From IMG/VR virus record IMGVR_UViG_3300020045_011892, positions 1 through 29,611 of that record: a DNA stretch of 29,611 bases; one strand, given 5' to 3'. The stretch comes from a virus (taxonomy: Duplodnaviria > Caudoviricetes). Each line of letters opens with the position of its first letter. Position 1 is the stretch's first letter. Shown here piece after piece: positions 17,562 to 26,051 of this stretch. Made by a program: the position numbers and the translations under genes. Below the pieces are notes generated by a model, which had not been told where the DNA came from, searched no databases, and saw only the letters and a list, made by a program, of their open reading frames with translations.

Positions 17562-19472
17562 ATGGCTATACAAGATTTATACTGTCATGTTTGTGATATA
17601 TTTAGTTACGAGATTACGGGTAGGACTGCAACAGGAGGAGTAACCCGTGCTGCTGTGGCCAAATACAATGATGTTCCCTGTCGATTTGTATATTTAAGTG
17701 GCAGGGAGCAAATTAAATATGGAAAAAATAATATTATTGCTGATTATCGTTGTTTTATTGATAATCGTGCTATGGAGTCAACGGATTTGGTAAGATTTGA
17801 TGGTAAGTGGTTTGATATAGAGTTTATTGATTTATGTTATGATTTTAATTCGGCACATCACATGGAATTATTGTTACTTGGGATAGATGCACCACAGATA
17901 GTATATGAGTTTAGTAGTAGCTCAAGCAGTAGTATAGATAGTTCAAGTTCATCTAGTTGGAGTAGGAGTAATAGTAGTAATTCCAGTAGCACAAGTCAGG
18001 GTAGTACAAGTTCTGGCAGTAGTTCTTCAAGTCATTCAAGTTCTTCAAGCAGTTATTCTAGTGATTCGAGTTCTACAAGTTCTTCAAGTAGCACGAGGAG
18101 TGGATCAAGTTTTAGTATAAGTAGTGACACGAGTTCTACAAGTTCTGGTTCAAGTAATTCTAGTTATTCTTCTAGTAGTTCAAGTAGCAGTTCTTCTAGT
18201 AGTTCAAGTAGTTATTCGAGTGATTCAAGTTCAAGTTCGGAATCAAGCACAAGCAGTTCAATTTCTAGTGATTCAAGTAGCTCAAGTAGCTCAAGTTATG
18301 TATTAAATTGGTCAAGTAGTAGTTCAAGTTCGTTAAGTAGCTCTAGTGATTGTGGCTGTAGTGCTTGGTATGTTACATGGGGAGAGGCAGATGCAGTATT
18401 AAGCAATTGGAATGTGACAAATTGGAATGACAGCAACACAAATGGAAAATGTAGGCTTGGTATATATGACACTGGATCAAGCATCATCGAATTAAGTTAT
18501 GATGATTTTACTACATTGGTTGCTACAGTAGATTTGACGGGTGGAGCAGGTAATAAGCCGATAGTAGCAGAGGCAGGATTTAGTTTAGGTGGAACTGTTG
18601 ATTATAATGGTGGTGCTTATACTCCTTTTGCTGGTGCTTTTCTCGAATGTGGTGAATTAAGCAGTAGTAGCACAGATTTAAGTGATAGTTCGGCAAGTAG
18701 TGATTCAAGTGGTTCAAGTAGCTCAAGTTCAAGTACATATTCCAGTGCCAGTAGTGATTCAAGTTCAACAAGTTCATTAAGTTCTGAATCAAGTAGCAGC
18801 ACCGAACCCCCTGCTCCACTTGCACATTATAAATTAAATGATAATGCTGGAAATACTACAGTTGTTGCTACAGTGGGATCAAATGCTACAAGTGATATTA
18901 ATACTAATTTGATGAGTATACCTGGAAAAATAAATACAGCACTTGCATTTACGAGTCATATTGCTACGGTCTCTGCTTATGATGATTATTTTAACAGTAA
19001 CACAAGAAATAAAATATCATTAGCTTGTTGGGTAAATTATACGGCAGGAAGTAATGAGAGACCTTTCTTTGGATTCTTTTATTTTGGACGATTAGCAATA
19101 CATCATGGTTCGGGTAATAATAAAATAGCATGTAGTGTTACGACCTCTACACCTGATTCTGAAATTTTAGTAACTGATGATGATTATAATGATGGAAATT
19201 GGCATCATGTTGTTATGACTTATGATGGTGATTTAGGTAGCAATAATTTGAAGTTATATGTAGATAATGTATTACGTAAGCAAGGAAATATTACAGGAAA
19301 TATAGTACAGAGTAATGACAGGTTAGCAATTGGTGGACATGCAAGTGATGGTGGTGCTACTGATGTTGGTGGTGATAGGTGGGTTGATGATGCACGTTGG
19401 TATGATGATATTGCTTTAAGTGCAGGACAAATTTCTACTTTATGGAATGGTGGAAGTGGGACTGAGGATTAG
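17562..19472 (+). CDS. Head-closure protein (SPP1 gp16-like) fused to two Ser-rich linkers, a domain of about 100 aa and a C-terminal LamG/concanavalin-A-like domain
   Basis: N-terminal VPCRF..LSGRE, DLVRFDGKWFDIEFI, HHMEL; Ser tracts 17913-18347 and 18660-18800; AHYKLNDNAG, GKINTALAF, ISLACWVN, DGNWHHVVMTYDG, LKLYVDN, LAIG, DDARWYD. Confidence 0.88.
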   Translation: MAIQDLYCHVCDIFSYEITGRTATGGVTRAAVAKYNDVPCRFVYLSGREQIKYGKNNIIADYRCFIDNRAMESTDLVRFDGKWFDIEFIDLCYDFNSAHHMELLLLGIDAPQIVYEFSSSSSSSIDSSSSSSWSRSNSSNSSSTSQGSTSSGSSSSSHSSSSSSYSSDSSSTSSSSSTRSGSSFSISSDTSSTSSGSSNSSYSSSSSSSSSSSSSSSYSSDSSSSSESSTSSSISSDSSSSSSSSYVLNWSSSSSSSLSSSSDCGCSAWYVTWGEADAVLSNWNVTNWNDSNTNGKCRLGIYDTGSSIIELSYDDFTTLVATVDLTGGAGNKPIVAEAGFSLGGTVDYNGGAYTPFAGAFLECGELSSSSTDLSDSSASSDSSGSSSSSSSTYSSASSDSSSTSSLSSESSSSTEPPAPLAHYKLNDNAGNTTVVATVGSNATSDINTNLMSIPGKINTALAFTSHIATVSAYDDYFNSNTRNKISLACWVNYTAGSNERPFFGFFYFGRLAIHHGSGNNKIACSVTTSTPDSEILVTDDDYNDGNWHHVVMTYDGDLGSNNLKLYVDNVLRKQGNITGNIVQSNDRLAIGGHASDGGATDVGGDRWVDDARWYDDIALSAGQISTLWNGGSGTED

Positions 19473-19475
19473 AAA

Positions 19476-20405
19476 ATGTATTTAACTGAGCAAATATTAC
19501 AATTAGTATATCAGAGATTAGGTAATTTGACTCTGACAACACAATTCTATCCTTATGTTTGTCCAGATGAAGCTACTTATCCTTGTATTAGTTTTAGTCC
19601 TATAAGTGCAAATAGAAGTTATGATGCTTTTGTAACTGATACTGAGACAATAATAGTTCAATTTTCTGTATTTGATGACGAAGATACACCTGAGCAGACT
19701 ATTTCGGTAATGAAGCAAATTGAAGAGATATTTAACTGGAGTGATGGAAAATTTGTTTTGCCTGATACAAGTTGTGGAAAACATTTAGTTTGCTGCCATA
19801 AAGAAAATGATTTTATACGTGCAGAGGACCAAGAATATAGATGGTTTGGTATGTTGGAGTATTCATTTATTATTGAGAAGAGTGAAGTGTGTTATGGAGA
19901 ATCGAGTAGCAGTATTTCTGGGGACAGTTATTCAAGTTATTCTAGTAGTACTTCTTCTTCCAATAGTGATAGTTCTAAGAGTAGTGCAAGTTCTGGTTCA
20001 AGTGATGCTTCGTCTTGGTCTTCATTAAGTACAAGCAGTTCTACAATAAGTTCTGATTCTTCAAGTAGATCAAGTAATTCTTCAAGTAATTCGAGTTCAA
20101 GTTCTTATTTAGAGGAATGGAGTTCAACAAGTTCCAGCCAATCAAGTAATTCAAGTAGCACAAGTTCTTATCTAGAGGAATGGAGTAGCAGTGATGATTC
20201 TAGTAAGTCATTAAGTTCTGTATCCTCAAGTAATTCAAGTTCCAGTACAACTGCATTTAGGACAAGTTCTTCAAGTAGTTCTGATTCAAGTAGTTATGCA
20301 GAGGAATATAGCACTTCAAGTCCATCTAGTTTAACAAGTGAATCTGACTCCTCAAGTGTTTCCGAGTCTTCTGCAAGTGATTCAAGTAGCTCAAGTTCTG
20401 GATAA
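19476..20405 (+). CDS. Tail terminator (DUF3168/SPP1 gp17-like) with Ser-rich C-terminal tail of about 165 aa
   Basis: FYPYVCPDEATYPCISF, VQFSVFD, IEEIFN, WFGMLEY; Ser tract 19902-20399. Confidence 0.8.
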   Translation: MYLTEQILQLVYQRLGNLTLTTQFYPYVCPDEATYPCISFSPISANRSYDAFVTDTETIIVQFSVFDDEDTPEQTISVMKQIEEIFNWSDGKFVLPDTSCGKHLVCCHKENDFIRAEDQEYRWFGMLEYSFIIEKSEVCYGESSSSISGDSYSSYSSSTSSSNSDSSKSSASSGSSDASSWSSLSTSSSTISSDSSSRSSNSSSNSSSSSYLEEWSSTSSSQSSNSSSTSSYLEEWSSSDDSSKSLSSVSSSNSSSSTTAFRTSSSSSSDSSSYAEEYSTSSPSSLTSESDSSSVSESSASDSSSSSSG

Positions 20406-20408
20406 TGT

Positions 20409-20720
20409 ATGAGAATAAAATGGAAAATAGAAGAATTCAAGAGAGATTTGAATTTAGAAATAAATGATGCTTTAGATGACATTGGAGATATGGTGCAGGA
20501 CAGAGCAAAATCTTATGCACCTGTAAAATCTGGAGCATTAAGAAATTCAATAAGAAACGAGACAAGTGAACTGGAACAAAAAGCATATATTGGTTCAGAC
20601 TTAGATTATTCAGTTTATGTTGAATTAGGCACAAGAAAAATGGCTCCAAGAGCCTTCTTAAGAACTGCTTTATATAATTCTCAAACTGACATCGAAAATA
20701 AATTGAAGAACTTATTATAA
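20409..20720 (+). CDS. HK97 gp10-family tail-completion protein
   Basis: AKSYAPVKSGALRNSI, GSDLDYSVYVELGTRKMAPRAFLRTAL. Confidence 0.95.
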   Translation: MRIKWKIEEFKRDLNLEINDALDDIGDMVQDRAKSYAPVKSGALRNSIRNETSELEQKAYIGSDLDYSVYVELGTRKMAPRAFLRTALYNSQTDIENKLKNLL

Positions 20721-20734
20721 AACGTCAAGTAAAT

Positions 20735-20746
20735 AATAATACTAAT
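20735..20746 (+). promoter_or_regulatory. Candidate late-promoter motif AATAATACTAAT (tail tube)
   Basis: Intergenic, upstream of the tail tube RBS. Confidence 0.6.
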
Positions 20747-20783
20747 TTATGTAGAGTTATAAATACTTTACTAGGAGATAGTT

Positions 20784-21137
20784 ATGAAGATATGTGGAAA
20801 AGATTGCAATATTACTGTGGGTGGTGCTGTTATTGATAGTTCACAATGGACATTAGTTTTAAATGCCCCGGAAATTGAAACACCAACATTTGCAGATGGA
20901 GACTATAAATCATTCACTACTTGCTCTAAAGATGCAACATTAAATGTGCAGTGTTATGATTTTATTGCAAACGTAACGGCTGGATCTGAGGCAGACATTA
21001 TATTAACTGTTGCTACCGACCCTGCTACAACCATTACATTAAATAACTGCAAATGTACTAGTGTTAATGAGGATGCACCTGCTGGAGATCTATTCAAAAT
21101 TACATATGATTTTAGAATAACTGAAGATCCTGCTTAA
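20784..21137 (+). CDS. Tail tube (major tail) protein, minimal size
   Basis: Lies before the chaperones and tape measure; GKD..ITVGG, QWTL, EIETPTF..GDYKSF; all-beta pattern. Confidence 0.8.
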   Translation: MKICGKDCNITVGGAVIDSSQWTLVLNAPEIETPTFADGDYKSFTTCSKDATLNVQCYDFIANVTAGSEADIILTVATDPATTITLNNCKCTSVNEDAPAGDLFKITYDFRITEDPA

Positions 21138-21166
21138 TTAGTTTAATATAAAAGGAGTAAATTAAA

Positions 21167-21646
21167 ATGGCAAATCTATCAGATATGGCTAATGTTCCTC
21201 TTGATTTTATAATTAATGGAAAAACTTATAAGATCAAGAGGCTTTCAATTCGTGATATTTTCCTTGATTTTGAAAAAGAGATTAAGGAAAAGTATATGCA
21301 GAATGTTATGGAAATGTCTAAATTGATTGACAGTAAAGAAAAAATGGAATACCTGAGAAAAGCAATGGTAGATATGCCTAGTGGACGTAGATTGGATGAT
21401 ATGGTTCAAGAGGAGATTACATCTATAAGTGGTGGAACTAAAGTGTTAATTAAGGCATTAAATACTTGTCAAAAGGTTACTGAACAAGATGTTATGCAAA
21501 TGAGTATGGATGCTAATAACTCTGATACTTTGGCTCAAATTATTACTTATTGTCTGGGTGGTAATTTAGATGAGGAAAAAAAAACAAATCAGGTAGAACA
21601 AAATCAGGTCAATCAGTTACAGGAAATAGCAATTGGGAGTTCGTGA
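21167..21646 (+). CDS. Tail assembly chaperone (lambda gpG-like)
   Basis: INGKTYKIKRLSIRD; ends near the EEKK slippery site; position. Confidence 0.8.
   Translation: MANLSDMANVPLDFIINGKTYKIKRLSIRDIFLDFEKEIKEKYMQNVMEMSKLIDSKEKMEYLRKAMVDMPSGRRLDDMVQEEITSISGGTKVLIKALNTCQKVTEQDVMQMSMDANNSDTLAQIITYCLGGNLDEEKKTNQVEQNQVNQLQEIAIGSS
21575..21585 (+). promoter_or_regulatory. Programmed -1 frameshift site GAA AAA AAA AC
   Basis: A9 run; the -1 frame is open from 21583 (NKSGRTKSGQSVTGNSNWEFV) straight into ORF 21643-21879. Confidence 0.8.
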
Positions 21647-21879
21647 TAGCATTATTTAGTAGATATTTTGGATGGGACATTGATTATATATTAAATCTGA
21701 CACCATTACAAATATCTGCATTACAAGAGGGATTAGGAGATATATTGGCAAAAGAGAATGGTGGAAAAACAAGAGAAGAGGAGGAATCTGAATATAATCC
21801 TGAAGTTAATGCTAAAAGAGCCAATTTATTAAAAAATCAGTTAGAGGCATTTAAAAAAGTAAAAGTAGGTAGAAAATGA
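21643..21879 (+). CDS. C-terminal part of the gpGT-like frameshift chaperone
   Basis: FGWDIDYILNLTPLQI motif; -1 frame relative to the upstream gene; directly before the tape measure. Confidence 0.8.
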   Translation: MIALFSRYFGWDIDYILNLTPLQISALQEGLGDILAKENGGKTREEEESEYNPEVNAKRANLLKNQLEAFKKVKVGRK

Positions 21880-23399
21880 GCACAACAATAGCCCAAGCCG
21901 TAGTTGAGGTCTCTGTAGATAAGAGTAAACTTGATACCGATTTAAATGCCGTTCAAAGTAAAGTTAATGCTGCTGTTGTAAAGGCTCAAGATAAATATAG
22001 GAGAGCAACACAACAAGCACTCGGGAATATAAGTAGGACGGCTGGGGCTGCTGCTAATAATATTCGTAGTATTTTAAGAGGTGCCTTTGCTGCTATTGCT
22101 TTAACTGCCACTGCTTTTGCCAAGGATACAAGAGCAAATGCATTACAATTACAAAATCAATTAGCAAGTCCATTAAAAGAACTGAAATATAGACTTAGTG
22201 ACATATTTATAAAAACATTAAGAGCACCTGTATTTGGGAAAACTTTAATTGAATGGTTACAAAAATTAAATGATACACTGAGAAAAATAGATGAAGGTAA
22301 AGTAAGAGTATTTATAAAAGCTGTTGAATCATTATCTGTATTATTTTTAGCAGCAAAAGCCATTGAAAAATTTGCAAAAGCTGCTGAAATGCTTAGTAAA
22401 TTAAGTGTAGCTAGACAAGGATTTGGAACGGCTGCTGGTGCTTTTGCTGGTAGTGCTGCTGGAACTAGCATTAATCGTTTAAAATCATTTTTATTAGATA
22501 GATTATTTTCTAGGCTTAATATAAAATCAATAGATATACCTAAAGAAGAAATATTTCAACAAATTAAGGATAATCCAAGAGAGGATTATAAAAATCCTAA
22601 ACTTTTTAAGAGTTCAAGAAATGAATTACTAGCATTACAAGGATTGTTATTAGGTTCTATTAGTAAAACAATTGTTCCATTATTAAAAATTTTTAGTAAG
22701 ATTGCTGGATTTGGTGCTGCAATAGGATTAGTTGTAACTGCTATTATTAGAGTCATTTCTTATATTGGTGGATTCAAAAATATTACTGAGGCACTAGGTT
22801 GGGTTGCAGAAAAAACTGGAAATATTATAAAAACAACAGTAGACATTATTGACTCTTTTATTGATGCCATTGCAGGTTCTTTTATTTATGCAGGAACATT
22901 GATAGGTGCTTTTGCTAATAATGTTGTGACTGCATTCCAAAACATGTCAATTGCTGCTGAAAATCTATTAATGTTTGGAAGTAAAAATAAAAGACAAGAA
23001 TATCTACCTTATGCTCCAGCCATGCAACAAGCTCAAGAGGCAATGGATAAATTTATGAGACGTAATGTTACTCCAATCGAGACAGGGCAAAAATCTCCAT
23101 TTGATCTTGGTGCTTATAAAAAATTTATTGAAGACCGAGATAAACTTAGTAAAACAATTAAAGACTTGGGAACCGAATTATCTGATATTATTAAATCTAA
23201 ACTTGGCTTTGGTGGTGACATTGTTGGGTTTACTGAGGGGATTTCCAAAGCACAAGATATACAATATAAATGGCAAGAGAAACAATTGGAAGATAACAAA
23301 AAAATAATCAAGTTACAAGAAGAGATTAAAGAAAATACAAATCAGCAAAATGAATTATTTAAATCATTTCTTAGATTAGTTTCGATTCCTGCAAGTTAA
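21876..23399 (+). CDS. Tape measure protein (short, 507 aa)
   Basis: IAQAVVEVSVDKSKL start; Ala/Gly-rich helical body with a hydrophobic segment; position. Confidence 0.88.
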   Translation: MSTTIAQAVVEVSVDKSKLDTDLNAVQSKVNAAVVKAQDKYRRATQQALGNISRTAGAAANNIRSILRGAFAAIALTATAFAKDTRANALQLQNQLASPLKELKYRLSDIFIKTLRAPVFGKTLIEWLQKLNDTLRKIDEGKVRVFIKAVESLSVLFLAAKAIEKFAKAAEMLSKLSVARQGFGTAAGAFAGSAAGTSINRLKSFLLDRLFSRLNIKSIDIPKEEIFQQIKDNPREDYKNPKLFKSSRNELLALQGLLLGSISKTIVPLLKIFSKIAGFGAAIGLVVTAIIRVISYIGGFKNITEALGWVAEKTGNIIKTTVDIIDSFIDAIAGSFIYAGTLIGAFANNVVTAFQNMSIAAENLLMFGSKNKRQEYLPYAPAMQQAQEAMDKFMRRNVTPIETGQKSPFDLGAYKKFIEDRDKLSKTIKDLGTELSDIIKSKLGFGGDIVGFTEGISKAQDIQYKWQEKQLEDNKKIIKLQEEIKENTNQQNELFKSFLRLVSIPAS

Positions 23400-23415
23400 T
23401 AGATTAGAGTTTATT

Positions 23416-24285
23416 ATGTCATATATTGATAAAACAGTAGTAGCATTAACAGATTCTTGGACATTTTCTATCGATGAGAATGGGCAGAGAGGTACAAAAA
23501 AATTTATTTATGCTGATGCTTTTAGTGGCAGAGGTTTTCCACAGCAACAATTACCCTCTATATTAGATTCTTGGTCTGCTACATACGACAAATGTTATCT
23601 AAAAGTTATTAATATAAGTTATCTTAATAATGACGGAAATTGTTATCAAGTTTACGAATGTATTTATGATAGTCAAGTTCCTGATACAGCACAAGCCGAT
23701 ACAAATAACTCTGGTGTAATTGTAAACTATGACGAGACACAATTACCTTTTTCTATTTCTACAGGTGGGGAAATTGTAACTTGGGAACCTCCTGTTGGAT
23801 CGGAAACACACCACTGGGCTAATGATGGTGCTACTGTTGCTCAACCAATTTTTAGAATAGTAAATAATGCAACAATAATGAGCAAGAGATTTGTTTATTC
23901 TGGTATATCCGACGTGTTAAATAAATCATTTGAATTACAAGGAAAATTAAACAATGCTATATTTTTTGGTAAACCTGTAGGAACTATATTATATAATGGA
24001 TGCACAGTGCTGCCTTATATTGGTAAAAACATAGGTAACTCAACAACTTATTATTCTGTAGAGTTTAATTTTAGTTATAGAACTGTTCCTGATGCTCCTA
24101 GGTCTGCATTATCTACTGGTGAGTCTGATGGATGGAATTTCCAGTTAAGAGAAGATACTGGCACATTTGAAGGTGTTTATGAGGTAGGTGCAACAACTGG
24201 ACTGTATAAATTAGGCAATCTCAAAGAGTTATATACAACAAGTCCTGCAAGTATAGTTATTCCAATTTTAGGTAACGTAACATGA
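23416..24285 (+). CDS. Distal tail/baseplate structural protein
   Basis: Follows the tape measure; GKLNNAIFFGKPVGTILYNG...YSVEFNFSYR...DGWN. Confidence 0.65.
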   Translation: MSYIDKTVVALTDSWTFSIDENGQRGTKKFIYADAFSGRGFPQQQLPSILDSWSATYDKCYLKVINISYLNNDGNCYQVYECIYDSQVPDTAQADTNNSGVIVNYDETQLPFSISTGGEIVTWEPPVGSETHHWANDGATVAQPIFRIVNNATIMSKRFVYSGISDVLNKSFELQGKLNNAIFFGKPVGTILYNGCTVLPYIGKNIGNSTTYYSVEFNFSYRTVPDAPRSALSTGESDGWNFQLREDTGTFEGVYEVGATTGLYKLGNLKELYTTSPASIVIPILGNVT

Positions 24286-26051
24286 TAATTGGCAATGAGA
24301 CAGGAAAACAAAATAATAGGATAATCGTTAATGCACCTCTGATTAATAATCTATCTAAAAATGTAAATATACTGAGAAAACTTGACTTTGATCAAAAACA
24401 ATTTAGAACTCTGCAAAATCAATCAGGTATACATGTAAGTTTAAGAGAGCAAGTTGAAACACCAGAAGAGATTCAAAATCACTTCCAAATTGAGGCAGGT
24501 AATACGGCTAGTACATTTGTGGTACATGGTGGAAATTGGATAAGAAGAATTGATATACAGGACTTTGTATTATCTTTAGCAGGTGGTGTATACTCTGGTA
24601 CTGATTTAATCTCTGCAAATGATGGTGATTATATTGTATTAGAGTTGAGGACTGATGCTGGTAATGGATTACGTCCAACAGTTTTATCTGTAATAGCTAG
24701 TGATACATGGCCCGAAGCAATACAAACAACTAGTGGTATTATTTATGATTATCTTGTTTTGGGCAGGGTTAATAGTGCAAGTAATGGTACTTTTGAACAA
24801 TATTTTGATGGTGATTATAAAGATTATTATAGTATTAATGATGGAGATCGAGCAAATCTTGGTGTCCATAAATATAAATCATTAGACACAAATACCGATG
24901 ATAGCAAGCAGATTTATAATTTTCAAGAAGCAGAGTATATACAACCATCTTGTGATGATGACATTAGTTTTTTGATAAGAGAAAAAAATCCTGATGCAAC
25001 AATAGAGATTAAATATGTTGGTAAAGGTGAATTTGAGAACTGGTTAAATGCATGTGTGGAAATATTATATGCAACAAATAGTGGTACGGCTGACTCTGTT
25101 GATCCCGGTTTTTTTGATAACTCTTGGGCTAATGTTGTTGGTGGAGGTTTACTTTCTGGAGTTATCTGGCATCCATTACTTGATAAACTAAATGTATCTG
25201 ATGACCACGAACATTATTTTGCTGATGATCATTTCCGTGGTAGATGTATAGATTTTCCAACCAATCATAATGAGGATAGTTATTTTACTACGGGAACTAT
25301 AGGTGGTGGAAAATTATTTATTGAAAATTGTTTAAGTAATTTTATTAATTCGGATTATTGGAATGATACAGGAATACATTTAGAGACTCAAGGATTAGAT
25401 ATTGATACAACAGCATTAGTTTCAATAAAGTCAAGCTCTGCCATAATAATTGGAGAGTTAGGTGGTGGATTCGTAAATATTGCCAGTGGATTTAATATTA
25501 CAATGACTACAGACCAAGATGTTGTAATAAATCCCACAAACTCTGCTAATGTTACTGCTCAAACCTATTCTTTAACAACTGCTACAACATCAAGTATAAG
25601 TATAGGGACTGATCAAACAGAGACAATTGGTAACGACTATAATTTGACAGTTACTAATGATTATAATTTAACAGTGAATGGTGGTTTAACAATTGATACA
25701 CAAACTGATGCCCTTGGAGCCTATTGGAATCATAACTCAATATATATGATTAAAACAGGTGGTTATCCTCAAGTTGTTATTGGTGGCACTACTAGTTTAC
25801 TCGTGGATAAAGATGGTAGCACAATTGTTGATTTAGGTGGATCTGGAAATGCAGGATATTTTACTACAGCTGCTGGAAATACAGAAATCGAAAATGCTAC
25901 TTACTCCATTGATTCAACAAGACGTATACATAGTGATGAGGGATTTGCTGCTAATGGAAATCTAGGACAAACAAGTAACGTATTTAATTTAGTTTTAGCA
26001 GATGGTACATTAGTTCCTGTTAATTTTATTGGAGGAATTTTAGTCGTATGA
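24282..26051 (+). CDS. Tail tip/spike-like protein with beta-helix repeats
   Basis: Gly/Thr/Asn-rich; 8-residue repeats IGTDQTET IGNDYNLT VTNDYNLT VNGGLTID; ends in FIGGILV. Confidence 0.65.
   Translation: MIIGNETGKQNNRIIVNAPLINNLSKNVNILRKLDFDQKQFRTLQNQSGIHVSLREQVETPEEIQNHFQIEAGNTASTFVVHGGNWIRRIDIQDFVLSLAGGVYSGTDLISANDGDYIVLELRTDAGNGLRPTVLSVIASDTWPEAIQTTSGIIYDYLVLGRVNSASNGTFEQYFDGDYKDYYSINDGDRANLGVHKYKSLDTNTDDSKQIYNFQEAEYIQPSCDDDISFLIREKNPDATIEIKYVGKGEFENWLNACVEILYATNSGTADSVDPGFFDNSWANVVGGGLLSGVIWHPLLDKLNVSDDHEHYFADDHFRGRCIDFPTNHNEDSYFTTGTIGGGKLFIENCLSNFINSDYWNDTGIHLETQGLDIDTTALVSIKSSSAIIIGELGGGFVNIASGFNITMTTDQDVVINPTNSANVTAQTYSLTTATTSSISIGTDQTETIGNDYNLTVTNDYNLTVNGGLTIDTQTDALGAYWNHNSIYMIKTGGYPQVVIGGTTSLLVDKDGSTIVDLGGSGNAGYFTTAAGNTEIENATYSIDSTRRIHSDEGFAANGNLGQTSNVFNLVLADGTLVPVNFIGGILVV

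Noticed and set aside
16352-20482. Minus-strand LELELE ORFs (16352-16624, 18296-18487, 18617-18802, 20294-20482) and the VQVVQV ORF 18124-18306
   Set aside because: Shadow frames of the TCA-AGT serine tracts
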